Notes under the pieces: generated by a model
What the model saw: the letters and a program-made list of their open reading frames with translations, nothing else
Told to the model about the DNA's origin: nothing
Database searches by the model: none
Shown: one piece after another, positions 50,201-59,839 of the stretch
How positions within the stretch are numbered: the first letter of the stretch is position 1
Layout of the letters: every line of letters begins with the position of its first letter
IMG/VR virus record: IMGVR_UViG_3300037501_000255
Source of the DNA: a virus
Taxonomy: Duplodnaviria > Caudoviricetes
DNA: 64,000 nucleotides
Reading direction: 5' to 3' (one strand)
Position numbers and translations under genes: made by a program

Positions 50201-52182
50201 TTCCACCGATACAGTAGTCCATTTACATGACGCAGTGTTTTGGTTCCGGCCTGCGTATTCTGGGATGTGTCTGAGCTGAGTTCTTCTGCAGTCAACACAT
50301 CTTTGCCTAAGAAGGGATAGTCGTGGAATTTAACTACACCAGCCTCTATTCTCTTTATATTTTCAGGCAATAAGCTCGTACTCTCGACTAGACCTGTGGC
50401 AGGTTCGATCTTGATTTCATTTGGCGTCAGCGGATCTTCTAGCGCTCCCTGCAGTTGAGTCAATCCCGGTTGCGTATTTATGCGGGATATCTCCAAAAAA
50501 TGCATATTGTCTTTCGCTCGTATATTAACAGCGTAAAATCCGTCCTCTGCGCGATAGCTGCTACTTACGCCGGAAATGATACCCTGCCATATCTGCGGCC
50601 CTGTACCGCGAAATACGTGCGGATTTCTCATGAGCTTGTATATCCACAGCGGTATATCTGGAGCTAGCCGTATGCGCTCCTGATCTATGAAATCATCACT
50701 GATGCGAGCCTTTGCATCCTCAAGGCCAAGCACTGAGGTGCTGACATTCTGCGCCAGTTGCGCTAGCGTAGTGTCGTAAAGCGGTGTTTCATCACGCGTA
50801 AAAGAGTTGGCGAAAACATGAATAGCATCCATATGCTGAATTATGTGATGCCCCACGAATTCCTGCCTCATCCGATCCAGCACATCGCTATTTAAGTTAT
50901 TGAGCAATTGAAATTCATCTATAGCACGATCTTGTATAACCTTGTATTCTCTCAATAATTCAAATATTTGCTTAACTCTTATTTGCTCTGTTGCTGTAAA
51001 GCGCTGCTCTTCCGGGATGTTTGACTCTTGCGGACCCTGCCCTGAGGCAAACCCCCGACCCGCACGTAGATCGTTTACGAATCTGCGTGCATCGCTAACA
51101 TCATCAGTGCCGTATACGAGATCATTTTCTGTGAATGGCTGATTTAGCGCTATTAGGGTAGCGGATACGTCGGTGTCTGTGCCAAATGGGAAATTAAAAT
51201 TTATCTCACTAACACCGCGCGAGCGGCGAGAGGCATTTAGTTCTACATCTAGCTGCATAGCCTCATTTGCAATTTGCTTTGCTCTCTCTGTAATATATGA
51301 TGGTATTCTTCCATTTTCCAGATATGCTTCTTTAAGAGCGCGATCTATATCATCTTCTGTTATTACTGATAGTCTATACGGGTCTTGTAACGTGATGTCG
51401 CATTTGCCTTCTCCAGTCGAGAGTGTGGTTGTGGTGGTTATGTTGGACATCATCGTGAATTCCATGACTCCGACACCCGGTCCCGTACCCCTCATATCAC
51501 CAGCAAGGGGATCTACTATCCATGTTGTGAATTTATTTTGCTTGGCTTGCTCTGAGGCCTGCATTACTCTAAATAATTGCTGCAACCACGGCTGTGAAGC
51601 CATCATGTCTCTAATCATTTGACTTGATGCTCCAGCTAGTGATGTCTGTGTAGCTCCTAATAAATCTAGGGCTGAGGCATTTGCCAGGCCGATGGATGCT
51701 ATATCAAATATTGCATTAAATAGATTTCCAAGAGCGCCTGATGCGTAGATGAAATCAGGATCTTCGATAATCTTGTCTACGAAAATTAGTGACTCATAAA
51801 ATGCTATGTCTTCGCATTTTTTTCTGAACAACGTCTTAATGGCTCTTATATATAACTGCTCTTTTTCATCAAAATAATCTGGATCAAAGTTCTCTCTTAA
51901 AGTTGAGAACATCCTTTTTTTGATTACTACTGATGGCTGCACATCTTGCGAGAGAATTCGGCGTTTTGATGGAGCTACTACGTCAGAGATGTGGGAGCCA
52001 GCAAAAGATGTCCCGGGGACGCGCATTGTGCCGTCCTCTATAAATGAGTTTTGAAATACCCTTGCGCCCACAGCTTGCAGTACGCGGGTGAGCGTTGATT
52101 GTATCTGCCCGACAAATTCACCAGACCTATCTCCAATGATGTCTGGATAGCGCGACCTTGCAGTGTTAAATAAAATAGCCAA
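47206..52182 (-). CDS. Baseplate hub (gp27/Mu gp44-like) with large insertions
   Basis: GKCDITLQDP, IWQGIISGVS...IRAKDNMHFL, FELFADSQGNINFRPP, GSITIVG...VGETVYI...YYITSVNHS. Confidence 0.75.
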   Translation of the reverse strand: MAILFNTARSRYPDIIGDRSGEFVGQIQSTLTRVLQAVGARVFQNSFIEDGTMRVPGTSFAGSHISDVVAPSKRRILSQDVQPSVVIKKRMFSTLRENFDPDYFDEKEQLYIRAIKTLFRKKCEDIAFYESLIFVDKIIEDPDFIYASGALGNLFNAIFDIASIGLANASALDLLGATQTSLAGASSQMIRDMMASQPWLQQLFRVMQASEQAKQNKFTTWIVDPLAGDMRGTGPGVGVMEFTMMSNITTTTTLSTGEGKCDITLQDPYRLSVITEDDIDRALKEAYLENGRIPSYITERAKQIANEAMQLDVELNASRRSRGVSEINFNFPFGTDTDVSATLIALNQPFTENDLVYGTDDVSDARRFVNDLRAGRGFASGQGPQESNIPEEQRFTATEQIRVKQIFELLREYKVIQDRAIDEFQLLNNLNSDVLDRMRQEFVGHHIIQHMDAIHVFANSFTRDETPLYDTTLAQLAQNVSTSVLGLEDAKARISDDFIDQERIRLAPDIPLWIYKLMRNPHVFRGTGPQIWQGIISGVSSSYRAEDGFYAVNIRAKDNMHFLEISRINTQPGLTQLQGALEDPLTPNEIKIEPATGLVESTSLLPENIKRIEAGVVKFHDYPFLGKDVLTAEELSSDTSQNTQAGTKTLRHVNGLLYRWKRGILTVTQNINVNRPLGDTFASVPGIEQDYGLTVLNNVFAKLDAADILSILICGKPYNYNTFIRAALDSGSITLSNEGSSNAYFDHLFDIFEQSNPTNGRFLPAITEVIDRERATQAAAFERQVSRAVGSINALQRQLAGIKGKIANVKLVDGSIAVQEQLKMLQAEQVAAEAALRRLNSTMSNVGDVRIFGDDVVQHLTDDENNQASKRVQYILLKKPEDVKYNKDNNFFVVSDRYSTDLSIQSFVQDLKDNQGFDPFKNTYKHPIEIAQEVANVLHFELFADSQGNINFRPPEYNKIPLSLMLRLIQLGQTDGVSLVPPFIENLIKNRAQTYKDRLTVIELEIRERVAFLGGIDKLNDYADGSALGAGLKYITRAYPSGSSGLVTYAIDDVALREASLEHAAFTEGTQTDLALENLDSEAWPTSLNENEIITEVMSVRNDLRRLTGHPAEEYFADSIEQRAAILSEINKYTNANGNAASERLRLTNEISVRVSKRQTLINATVRLLDQQSGIDSAATFNGPGALIGAFFSSMVSDTAAIFGNDRVSFIPKFIQDMVINDLQNTFGRNSGKRFVIEDDVILSMDFEIKPPDFTRINVYGSENLLGQGEAIVTGNPLAFWAGASDFDLWRQFGYRHAADDKVPYLNNPETQLAPYAVMRLMQQRGQIHTGSITIVGNEHYQVGETVYIAAKEMLYYITSVNHSIDLRSNSFTTTLQLAYGRPLGQYIPQPFDIIGRTLLADAARGGLNQRVNRAPPASAQVKVLETLYFPIKTSEAPAPDIDNGPMQHFIKTNASKIKNAIIKAHSTISSSGGASIKLEIRGFMVADINKLTGRRQDGKPVVTPTEDTIKAYMSAIRSVMTTGIYPEETIPLNDSLSIDATQVNDKSEEAPQRIEEKYFKQGSDPGAIVVIDRKLTDDDIKYRRMPSQRAWMSDSIDPSGQSLGLPVNALDIAIIVDRSVTGDSAGEQTQGQHIAPAQAGELDASLGVPNDDMGKTA

Positions 52183-52191
52183 ATACTACCT

Positions 52192-53160
52192 CTACCTTCG
52201 CAAATCCAACCCCTTAATATTTACACCATCTAGGCTGGCAGCGGCACCGCGCATATTATTGGCATCAAAAATATCCACAGATAAGGACATGTCCGCCCCT
52301 CCACTTCTCTCACCGGCCTGCTGGTTTACTTCCAGTATTGGCAGTGGCTGATCTAGTTCAGTGAAACTGTATGGGTTAGACGGACCCGCCGGTCCTTCTG
52401 GTTGTTTGTGCCATGGCATAAAGTTATGTCGAGATCCTTGACGCGCATATGCTACAAACTCTATGTCGTAATCGAACCACCCCAGCTTCTGCGTTGACTC
52501 AGTCACGTTAAAACTTTTGAAGTATCCACGATACAGAACTCCTTGAAAAAACATATCTATATTGGATGCCAGCGATGCTAGCGTGGGGCGCGGTCGATTA
52601 AGTCCATTAAATAGTTGCGATGTTATTTGTAATACATTTTGTCCAAATAGAAAGCCATTCCCTTCTGCGCTGCCAGAGTTGCCCAGGCCTGTGATGAAGC
52701 TGCCTATGGCTTGATCTAGCTGTACATTTGATAATTGCTCTTCTAGTGCCGCAGCTATACCTTCAAAGGCAAGCTGTTCAGATCTGTATATGGATTGCAG
52801 GATATTGATGCCCTCCATGCCCGCAGAGCCTGTCGTTCCATTTAATATAATTTGATCTAGGTTTTCACCGCCATACTGAACAACGAATCCGCCCTTGGTT
52901 CTCATATTCTGTATGATTTTTGAGCTCATGATTTTAATCTGTTGCGGATTTATATACATCTGTATGTAGCCCAAATGTGGCGTCCTCCAGGTCACCATCT
53001 CTCTGACAACTCTTCCTACGTGAGGACGATCTATGAGATTTAGTACCGAAGCATTAACTTTACCAGATGAGGCGCTGATCGATGCCGCTCGATTCGCAAG
53101 TAGCTCCGGATTTGCCAATGTAGGTTCTGGCGGAAATGGGTCTAATGGTTGAAATGCCAT
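52192..53160 (-). CDS. Tail tube initiator / tube-like baseplate protein
   Basis: MYINPQQI, RTKGGFVVQY, YRGYFKSFNVTES...FDYDIEF. Lies between the tape measure and the hub. Confidence 0.7.
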   Translation of the reverse strand: MAFQPLDPFPPEPTLANPELLANRAASISASSGKVNASVLNLIDRPHVGRVVREMVTWRTPHLGYIQMYINPQQIKIMSSKIIQNMRTKGGFVVQYGGENLDQIILNGTTGSAGMEGINILQSIYRSEQLAFEGIAAALEEQLSNVQLDQAIGSFITGLGNSGSAEGNGFLFGQNVLQITSQLFNGLNRPRPTLASLASNIDMFFQGVLYRGYFKSFNVTESTQKLGWFDYDIEFVAYARQGSRHNFMPWHKQPEGPAGPSNPYSFTELDQPLPILEVNQQAGERSGGADMSLSVDIFDANNMRGAAASLDGVNIKGLDLRR

Positions 53161-53175
53161 ATGTGCTCCGATACT

Positions 53176-55485
53176 TTATGTTGCTACTGACTGCTTTATT
53201 TCTACTCGCAATTCTCTCTTAATTGAAGAAACCACCGCTTTTATACTATCTCCATCTATCTTAAACGATATTGGTATCTCCAACTGTTGAGCCTCAAATT
53301 GCAGCGCCGTGGGCCCCTGCCTGGTGGCTGTGGGCGGCGCTGTTGGCGCGGAGGGCGTCGGCGTTGTTACGGGCGTGTTTGGTGTGGGTACTGCGGGAGT
53401 TTGCAGTGATTCTACCTGCGGTGGAACCGGAGCTTGAGGCACCTGCAATACCGGAGTCTGCACTCCCTGTCCGGCATATCCTGCGGGTGATATGCCCATG
53501 TTGGCATAATCAAGCTGTAGACGGCCTACGTTCAATCCATAAGCGCTCTCCATCTGCCTGACACTTCTAGTTGGCAGCGTATTGTACTGTTCAATCTCTC
53601 TTCCAGTAGCGAATGGTAATTGCTGGCTTTCCCCTACAGTGCGGGTTGAAGCATACAGGAGTTGTGTGTCTCTTGCAACATCTGCTGTTGATGGAAAAAG
53701 CTTTGTGCGCAGCATGCTGCCTTTAGCCGCTCCACCTTCACCAATTATTAATTCTGGGGTAGCTAAAATTTGCTGGGCCGCGGCAAGGTCTGCATCCTCA
53801 GCAGCCATCGCGCCAGGCCGGGTGGTGGATTTGTCTACCACTACTTTGCCAACTGAAGATTTAACCTGATCAAAAATCACTCTTGCCGAATCTCGAATGG
53901 TATTTGCGGCTTGTTGATATGATGAGACCATCTTTCCCAAAGCCTCGGCTTCTTCTGCGCGCATTTTATTGACAAGCTGTTGCTTTACTCCAGTCTCCAT
54001 ATCTATTCTGGCTTGCCCAACTTCCATAAGTTGTTGACGACCTTGCTCTAGCGCTTGCGGGCCCGCAAAGACCTCAGTAGATCGCTCAATTTCCCCGCGT
54101 TGCATGATGCCCAGCATGGTATCTAATTTTCCAGTATCGCTCTGGCCTGTAATTGTTTGAAGCAACTGTCTTTGTAGGAGATATTGCGACTCTTGTCCGG
54201 TATCTAGCGCTTGGCGACGAGTTAGTATCTCGCCCCCTCCCATTTGCTCTAACTGTTCACGAATAGAGGTGAATATTTCGCCAGTTCTCCCTTCAGCAAG
54301 CGCTTGCTCTACTTCTAGACCAGCACCAATTGCTCCCCGGCCCTGACCTACTTGAGATTGCATTCCAAGAAATGCTTTTAGTCCAAAATTCATATCATGC
54401 AAATTGCGCACAGTATCTGTAAATAGCTCTTTGCCAAGCTCCTGCCTGCCTTCCCCTACAGATTTAACGAATGCATTGAAGGTATTTGATAAGCTTTCAA
54501 CTGATGTGCCGTAATATCTAAGCTGTGAGGCTGAACCCATGACTGATTCGGATACGTTCCTCATCGATAGTCCGGTCCCTCTCTGCGCAAGAGATAGAGC
54601 TGCGAACAGTGTGCTTGTATCTGATGCGCTGCGACCTAGTTGACGTATATTCAGCTGTACATACTCACTAATCTTGCCCATTTCAAGGCCTGTAGCTTTT
54701 GATAATCTAATTGCAGCTGTCAGGCCATACATCCGTTCGCCTGTTGCGGTAGTGTCCCCACCCATTTTACCAAACACTTCGCTTACATCTATACCTGCGG
54801 CGGTTAGAGACCCCATAGAGGCACGTGTAGCTTCAACACTCATGCCCAACTGTTGCGCCGAGCGCGCAGAGTTGGTTAAAGCCTCCTCTACTCGGGTAGT
54901 AAATTCTTCGCTACCCAAACCTGCGGTTGCAAATGCGCCTCCAAGATCGACTATACCTGGAGCAATACCCTTCACTTGTGCAGTAATCTGAGATTCTAGT
55001 TTCTCTATCGGCTGAAGCAGCTCATCGACCAGCGGCGCGCCCAACTTAAACACCACCATCTCTGCCAAGTTTACACGATTTGCTGCGAGCAGGCGCTGTA
55101 TTTCGCCATTCATTTTCGTAGCCTCTCCCGAGGCTACGCGATATGCATTTTCAAACTCTTCACCTAAAGCATCTGAATCGATACCTATTTCGCTTAAATC
55201 TATACCAAATGCTGACTGGGCTAATTTTTTAAGCTCATCACCAGCCTTGCCTGCAACGGTTGCTATATTTTTGAAAATAGTATTAGCATCCTCTTCTAAG
55301 TCGCTAAATGCAGATTTCAATTCGCCAACACTATCTTCCATGCCTGGAAATAGATCTACTTTGTCGCCTGCCACATCTCCCAATTTTTTAGCAAGCTCAA
55401 CTATACGAGCCAGTATCTGCTCTACCGCCTGCAGCTTTGCAGGATCTGGTAGGTCTGGGTTTGTTGGATTCGTAGGATCAGCCAT
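53176..55485 (-). CDS. Tape measure protein
   Basis: Ala/Gly/Gln-rich and predicted helical, directly downstream of the chaperone pair. C-terminal Pro/Thr-rich linker. Confidence 0.8.
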   Translation of the reverse strand: MADPTNPTNPDLPDPAKLQAVEQILARIVELAKKLGDVAGDKVDLFPGMEDSVGELKSAFSDLEEDANTIFKNIATVAGKAGDELKKLAQSAFGIDLSEIGIDSDALGEEFENAYRVASGEATKMNGEIQRLLAANRVNLAEMVVFKLGAPLVDELLQPIEKLESQITAQVKGIAPGIVDLGGAFATAGLGSEEFTTRVEEALTNSARSAQQLGMSVEATRASMGSLTAAGIDVSEVFGKMGGDTTATGERMYGLTAAIRLSKATGLEMGKISEYVQLNIRQLGRSASDTSTLFAALSLAQRGTGLSMRNVSESVMGSASQLRYYGTSVESLSNTFNAFVKSVGEGRQELGKELFTDTVRNLHDMNFGLKAFLGMQSQVGQGRGAIGAGLEVEQALAEGRTGEIFTSIREQLEQMGGGEILTRRQALDTGQESQYLLQRQLLQTITGQSDTGKLDTMLGIMQRGEIERSTEVFAGPQALEQGRQQLMEVGQARIDMETGVKQQLVNKMRAEEAEALGKMVSSYQQAANTIRDSARVIFDQVKSSVGKVVVDKSTTRPGAMAAEDADLAAAQQILATPELIIGEGGAAKGSMLRTKLFPSTADVARDTQLLYASTRTVGESQQLPFATGREIEQYNTLPTRSVRQMESAYGLNVGRLQLDYANMGISPAGYAGQGVQTPVLQVPQAPVPPQVESLQTPAVPTPNTPVTTPTPSAPTAPPTATRQGPTALQFEAQQLEIPISFKIDGDSIKAVVSSIKRELRVEIKQSVAT

Positions 55486-55813
55486 CGATCAACTCTTCCT
55501 TGGGTAGTTCCTTACCAAAGTGCCGCGCGAGAACATCAGTAAATACTTCGGGATCACTTTCGGGACGACTCTTCTTGCTTTCGCGTGCTTTCTGAACGCG
55601 CTCGACGCCCTCTGGATTCGAAAATGATGCTAAGTAATCTATGTACTCTATTGTTTTATTAGATGCTTCTTGCATATCCTGCTCTATCATGCAGGCATAC
55701 CATTGTAATTCAAAAATGGGCAGAGAGGCGATCTTGGGATCGCTCACCGGGACTCCCCATGCTTTTGATAGCTCCCATCTGACCCGGTGAGTGGGGTCAG
55801 TGGTCAGCTCTTT
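55478..55813 (-). CDS. Tail assembly chaperone, -1 frameshift extension (lambda gpT-like)
   Basis: The frame of the 55478-55747 ORF is open upstream through the slippery site and reads KELTTDPTHRVRWELSKAWGVPVSDPKI... Confidence 0.85.
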   Translation of the reverse strand, partial: KELTTDPTHRVRWELSKAWGVPVSDPKIASLPIFELQWYACMIEQDMQEASNKTIEYIDYLASFSNPEGVERVQKARESKKSRPESDPEVFTDVLARHFGKELPKEELIDG

Positions 55814-55819
55814 AAAAAA
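55743..55819 (-). promoter_or_regulatory. Programmed -1 ribosomal frameshift signal with a downstream pseudoknot-like structure
   Basis: TTTTTTAAAG at 55819-55810 contains two overlapping heptamers, T_TTT_TTA and T_TTA_AAG. Stem CTGACCC/GGGTCAG (55800-55779); its loop CTCACC is complementary to GGTGAG at 55748-55743. Confidence 0.85.
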
Positions 55820-56415
55820 CTACGGCTAAACTCCTTCTCAACTTCGCGTTGTACGCTAGCAGAGAATGCCATGAGTGCCGTAACCATAAATGCAGGCCAC
55901 CTCGACAGCTCGGAATACTTCCGCAACATTGGGTCTTTTATTGAATCTTGCCCAGTATAGAATTCCTCAAATGCAATGCCGTTAACAGATATCAGCGATG
56001 CAGCTAAACCCATAACTGAAGCTTGATAAGCCTCGGTGAGGTCTGCTTGTTGTAGCAAATCTAGTATTTTAGCATTATCATTAGATTTTAGAACTTTGAA
56101 TCTAAACGTTAGCCCGCCATACTCAATATCCTTAGTCTGGTCTTGGCTAAGAAACATAAGCTTTTCAAATGCTATTTTCTTTTCTACCTCTTTTTTGAGG
56201 AGCGGGTCTTCCGGTAGAGAGGGTTCCTCTGGGGCGGAGGTTGAGGTCGGCGATTGAGCAGCTGCCTGCTCCACATCTGCCATTTGCTTGTCGAAAAGAG
56301 CGTCATCGTCATCCGGAGGGGCGACGGTATACACTTTGGGGGCCGACTGCGCTTCTGCCTGCTCTGAACCTGGGGCGTGGGTGAAATTTGACATGGACGG
56401 GTGTGTTATCTTCAT
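55804..56415 (-). CDS. Tail assembly chaperone (lambda gpG-like)
   Basis: Lies between tube and tape measure. Ends AGT TTT TTA AAG AGC TGA. Confidence 0.85.
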   Translation of the reverse strand: MKITHPSMSNFTHAPGSEQAEAQSAPKVYTVAPPDDDDALFDKQMADVEQAAAQSPTSTSAPEEPSLPEDPLLKKEVEKKIAFEKLMFLSQDQTKDIEYGGLTFRFKVLKSNDNAKILDLLQQADLTEAYQASVMGLAASLISVNGIAFEEFYTGQDSIKDPMLRKYSELSRWPAFMVTALMAFSASVQREVEKEFSRSFLKS

Positions 56416-56426
56416 CGCTATACTCC

Positions 56427-56465
56427 AAAAATAAATATGCCCTAGATATATACATCCAGGGCATA
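56427..56465 (-). terminator. Intrinsic terminator after the tail tube gene
   Basis: TATGCCCTGGAT-GTATAT-ATCTAGGGCATA forms a 12-bp stem with one G-U pair, followed by TTTATTTTT. Confidence 0.75.
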
Positions 56466-56488
56466 CATTATGAGGCTATGAACCTAGA

Positions 56489-57169
56489 TCAGCCGCCGCC
56501 GAAAATTGGGGCGTCATTGAGCAGCAGACCAAGTGATGCTGCATCAAGCGTACCTCTACGACCTACGTCAGTTGTGGTTTCAATGTTATAAGCCAGATTG
56601 CCAGCTCCAGGACCACCGAGATAACCGCTAAAGAAGTCGTCTCCGGGTAGGGCGGGGGAAGTAGTGCCGTTAGCGAAGTAGGTTACCACATCCTCAGGAA
56701 TAATAGTAGCTTCTTGAGTGATAATGTATTCGCGTACCTGATAGCTGCCAGAAAGTTGTGTAAACCAGCAATTTTTGTACTCATGTATTACCATGCCTGG
56801 CGAGTTAGCGACGGGAGAGAAGTCGGGTGCTTCGCCGGCTTGCGCATACATTGTATCAAAAACCTTGATGGTGAACGGTATACGCTGTGACTTGATATTA
56901 TGGAATGGACGCCCGAATGCCAACGGTAGGCTGAGGCCGTCAAACGTGATACGTGTAACGGTAAGCTCTACTTCTGGTGCGGAATTTGGCACGACTTCCA
57001 GGACGCCATCGAACCCAACTTCGCTGACACGTTGAACAGTACGATTCTGACGGATCGTCATGTTCTGAATAGCGCCGACCTTCTTGTTATCAACCTCTAC
57101 CAGAATCTGGGTAGACAACGAAGTTGAGATGAATGTCTCAAGCCTCGAATTTGTATTTGGGTAAGCCAT
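56489..57169 (-). CDS. Tail tube protein
   Basis: Follows the sheath. ILVEVDNKKVGAIQNMTIRQNR...EVGFDG..EVVP, and YKNCWFT. Confidence 0.88.
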   Translation of the reverse strand: MAYPNTNSRLETFISTSLSTQILVEVDNKKVGAIQNMTIRQNRTVQRVSEVGFDGVLEVVPNSAPEVELTVTRITFDGLSLPLAFGRPFHNIKSQRIPFTIKVFDTMYAQAGEAPDFSPVANSPGMVIHEYKNCWFTQLSGSYQVREYIITQEATIIPEDVVTYFANGTTSPALPGDDFFSGYLGGPGAGNLAYNIETTTDVGRRGTLDAASLGLLLNDAPIFGGG

Positions 57170-57196
57170 TTATCCTCTCCTCAATCCATTCTTAAA

Positions 57197-59761
57197 TTAG
57201 ATAGTAACAGTAACATCTACGAACACCCAGTTGATTGGCGTGGCCGGCGATATGGTTACGCTGACATCATACTGGCGAGGCTCAATCGGATTTCTCTTAA
57301 CCAGTAGGTTAGAGAATCCGGTGAGCAGACCCTGTGTAACGAGCCCTTCGAGAGTATTCTTAACTGCCGAAGTTATCGATGGTATCGTAGTAGGTCCTGA
57401 TACCGTACCTATGAATGGGGTCACTGCATTGCGAAGTGCGCGGGCTGTGGCGTCACGGATGTGGACGATTGAAATCTCTTCCTCTTCCGGGGCACCAGAC
57501 TGCGTTGTCGTGAGGCCGTGCAGAATCTTACCTCCACCCGCGACAGGCTGAACTACGCAGACGCCCGCATCCGCAAGTTCATCGAGTGTCACCTGACGAT
57601 ACTGGCGATCGCGCAGGATATTGAAGCCTGCCAGAGTTTTGAATGTGACCGGCTGCGCAAAATCAGTCTGCGCAGCTAGGTGACCACCCAAGCATGCAGC
57701 CAGGTAGAAGCCGGGCAGCGTGGTGTTGCTACCATTTATGCTGCGAACAATCTGGTCTGGCGCCATATAGGTAACGCGGTAGGTATTACCAAAAGCCTCA
57801 GTAACCGAGTAGTTGGCTAGGTCTTCGATGTTGCCATCAAGCACCTCTTCCACATCATCACCCTGTATACCTTCTAGCAGACCAATATCTTCTACGGCAG
57901 CATCTTCACGGCCAATTAAATTATCCGGGGTAAGGCCGCTAGTGGCGCCGATTATGAGATTGCGCTCACGAGCATTTACGACGTTAGACATAACCTCGCA
58001 GTGCACTCGGGCGGCCTGGAAGATGTTTGAAATTGTGGCTGACGGAACTGGGACGAGCATCTGCAACTCAACAGTCTCGAGGGCTTCAAGAGCAGAGGTC
58101 CAGTTAGAATCAAAGAAATCTGCGTCCTTTTGATCTACGTAGGTGATACGGAGACCTTTGCCTGCCGTCATATAGTTAAGTACAATGTCATCTGTGAGAC
58201 ACAGGTACGTGCCCTTGTCTGCATTGTCAATTACGCGCCATTCAACATCAGAGAATTCGACGCCGGCAGTGTGCGTGCCAGAGGTGCGCTGAGCGGTAAC
58301 TGTGCTATTGTCGCCATAGCCGTCGCCTACGCTGAGAATATTGTAGGTTGCTGCCAGGGCTGCTGGGGTGATAATCTGAATTTGCTTCAGGGTATCATCT
58401 TCGCCAGCATCAAGGAAATCTACCGAGAAGAATGCAGTATCTGACTGGAACGTGATCGCAGTTGCAGATGTCGTGATCACATAACCGTCGGTGCCGGAAT
58501 CCTCGACTTCGGCAGCTTCAATCATCGTATAGGACTGCGAGAATGGGCCCTGTACGAAGTTTGCATAAGCATTTGCAATTGTGTTATATGATGGATTGTA
58601 AAAGGCCTCTTTTGAAAGCAGAAGTTGCTCTTCGGTGCCATCTGAAGAGACTACGAAGATGTGTACTTCAGTATCTCCATCTGGCTTAGCGCCGAGCGGG
58701 AGTGGGAAGATGCAATCTGTGCTTGCAGTGTTACCTGTAGCGCCCTCAACGTCGACCGTGAGAGGATTGTCCGCTGCTAGCAACTGAGCGCTGGTACGAC
58801 GAGGTACTGGCGGCTTCGCCTGCAATGCAATTAGGCGTGGGGCGCCGTTCTCGAATGCCATCTGGGAGGCTAGTGACAGTGAGTTGGCAACCGACGGATC
58901 GCCGTGTTTTGCGAAGAGGGCTGGGCCATTATCGAAAATTTCGGGATCATTTAGATCTTGCTCTGCAATGTAACGGGCTACGAGATTGTCATTCTTAGCC
59001 AAGACGCCCGAGCCAACCTCAACGGAGAAGCGATCGCCAACATCGAAAGGCACAGCGCCTTCGGAGATGGAGAAGCTCAATAAGCCATTGCTGTAGACTG
59101 CGCCATCAGACTTCCAACGTATTGGATTTCCGTTTGAATCTTTGATGACTCCACTAACAGAACCTGACAATGAAAAGGTGGCCTTGCCTGAAATAACCGC
59201 CCCATATCCATCACGTACTACCGCTATGCAGCGGAGAGTCCAGGTTTCGGCCGGAGCAGCGGTCTCCACCAGGGAGGCAGCCGTCAGATTTGGTTGACCA
59301 TTACCCGCATTTGTGGTTGGGGCAGACCAGTACTGAGGTGAAGCAGTCGTGCCACCTTGGTTAACCAAGTAAGCTTGTTGTAGTTGTATACGACCCGTTG
59401 CGATCTCTACACGAGCATCATAGCGAGCATCGAATGGGTCAGTGTCAATCTGCGCTTCAAGAACACGCAGTGGCGAACCATTCTTAAGGAGGGTAACGCG
59501 ATTTGAAACGAGATTGCTCTTTGAGATTTGAAAGTGGCGACCGTCGGGAGCATTTGAACCAGAGAAGTCGGGATTTACGCCGTCGGAGCCCGAGCCCGTA
59601 GCTGATTCGATCAGAGTTTCCTCGGCCTCACCCTCCCCAACTATGCACAAAAGTCTTGCGCCGGTGTTGCCGGCCACGGAACGAGATAGCGTCTTTGTAC
59701 GTACAAAAACCCTCGGCTGGGTGCGCTGTGGAACGCCTGGGACGATATTTGCCATGAACAA
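57197..59761 (-). CDS. Contractile tail sheath protein with inserted domains
   Basis: N-terminal PRVFVRT. C-terminal LADAGVCVVQP...EISIVHIRD...DVSVTISPATPINWVFV. Likely start MANIV at 59755. Confidence 0.92.
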   Translation of the reverse strand: MFMANIVPGVPQRTQPRVFVRTKTLSRSVAGNTGARLLCIVGEGEAEETLIESATGSGSDGVNPDFSGSNAPDGRHFQISKSNLVSNRVTLLKNGSPLRVLEAQIDTDPFDARYDARVEIATGRIQLQQAYLVNQGGTTASPQYWSAPTTNAGNGQPNLTAASLVETAAPAETWTLRCIAVVRDGYGAVISGKATFSLSGSVSGVIKDSNGNPIRWKSDGAVYSNGLLSFSISEGAVPFDVGDRFSVEVGSGVLAKNDNLVARYIAEQDLNDPEIFDNGPALFAKHGDPSVANSLSLASQMAFENGAPRLIALQAKPPVPRRTSAQLLAADNPLTVDVEGATGNTASTDCIFPLPLGAKPDGDTEVHIFVVSSDGTEEQLLLSKEAFYNPSYNTIANAYANFVQGPFSQSYTMIEAAEVEDSGTDGYVITTSATAITFQSDTAFFSVDFLDAGEDDTLKQIQIITPAALAATYNILSVGDGYGDNSTVTAQRTSGTHTAGVEFSDVEWRVIDNADKGTYLCLTDDIVLNYMTAGKGLRITYVDQKDADFFDSNWTSALEALETVELQMLVPVPSATISNIFQAARVHCEVMSNVVNARERNLIIGATSGLTPDNLIGREDAAVEDIGLLEGIQGDDVEEVLDGNIEDLANYSVTEAFGNTYRVTYMAPDQIVRSINGSNTTLPGFYLAACLGGHLAAQTDFAQPVTFKTLAGFNILRDRQYRQVTLDELADAGVCVVQPVAGGGKILHGLTTTQSGAPEEEEISIVHIRDATARALRNAVTPFIGTVSGPTTIPSITSAVKNTLEGLVTQGLLTGFSNLLVKRNPIEPRQYDVSVTISPATPINWVFVDVTVTI

Positions 59762-59839
59762 TCTCCTTAAGAACTGCCTAGATTATTATCTATATTCAGA
59801 AGCATATTAATTAGTAGAGAGCACAACTGTCTGTATATA

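Noticed and set aside
38335-59761. Bacterial eCIS or T6SS locus rather than a phage
   Set aside because: The tape measure with G/GT chaperones, the linked replication, nucleotide and lysis genes, and the phage-type gene density favour a phage. No eCIS AAA+ ATPase is seen. Capsid genes are probably outside the window.
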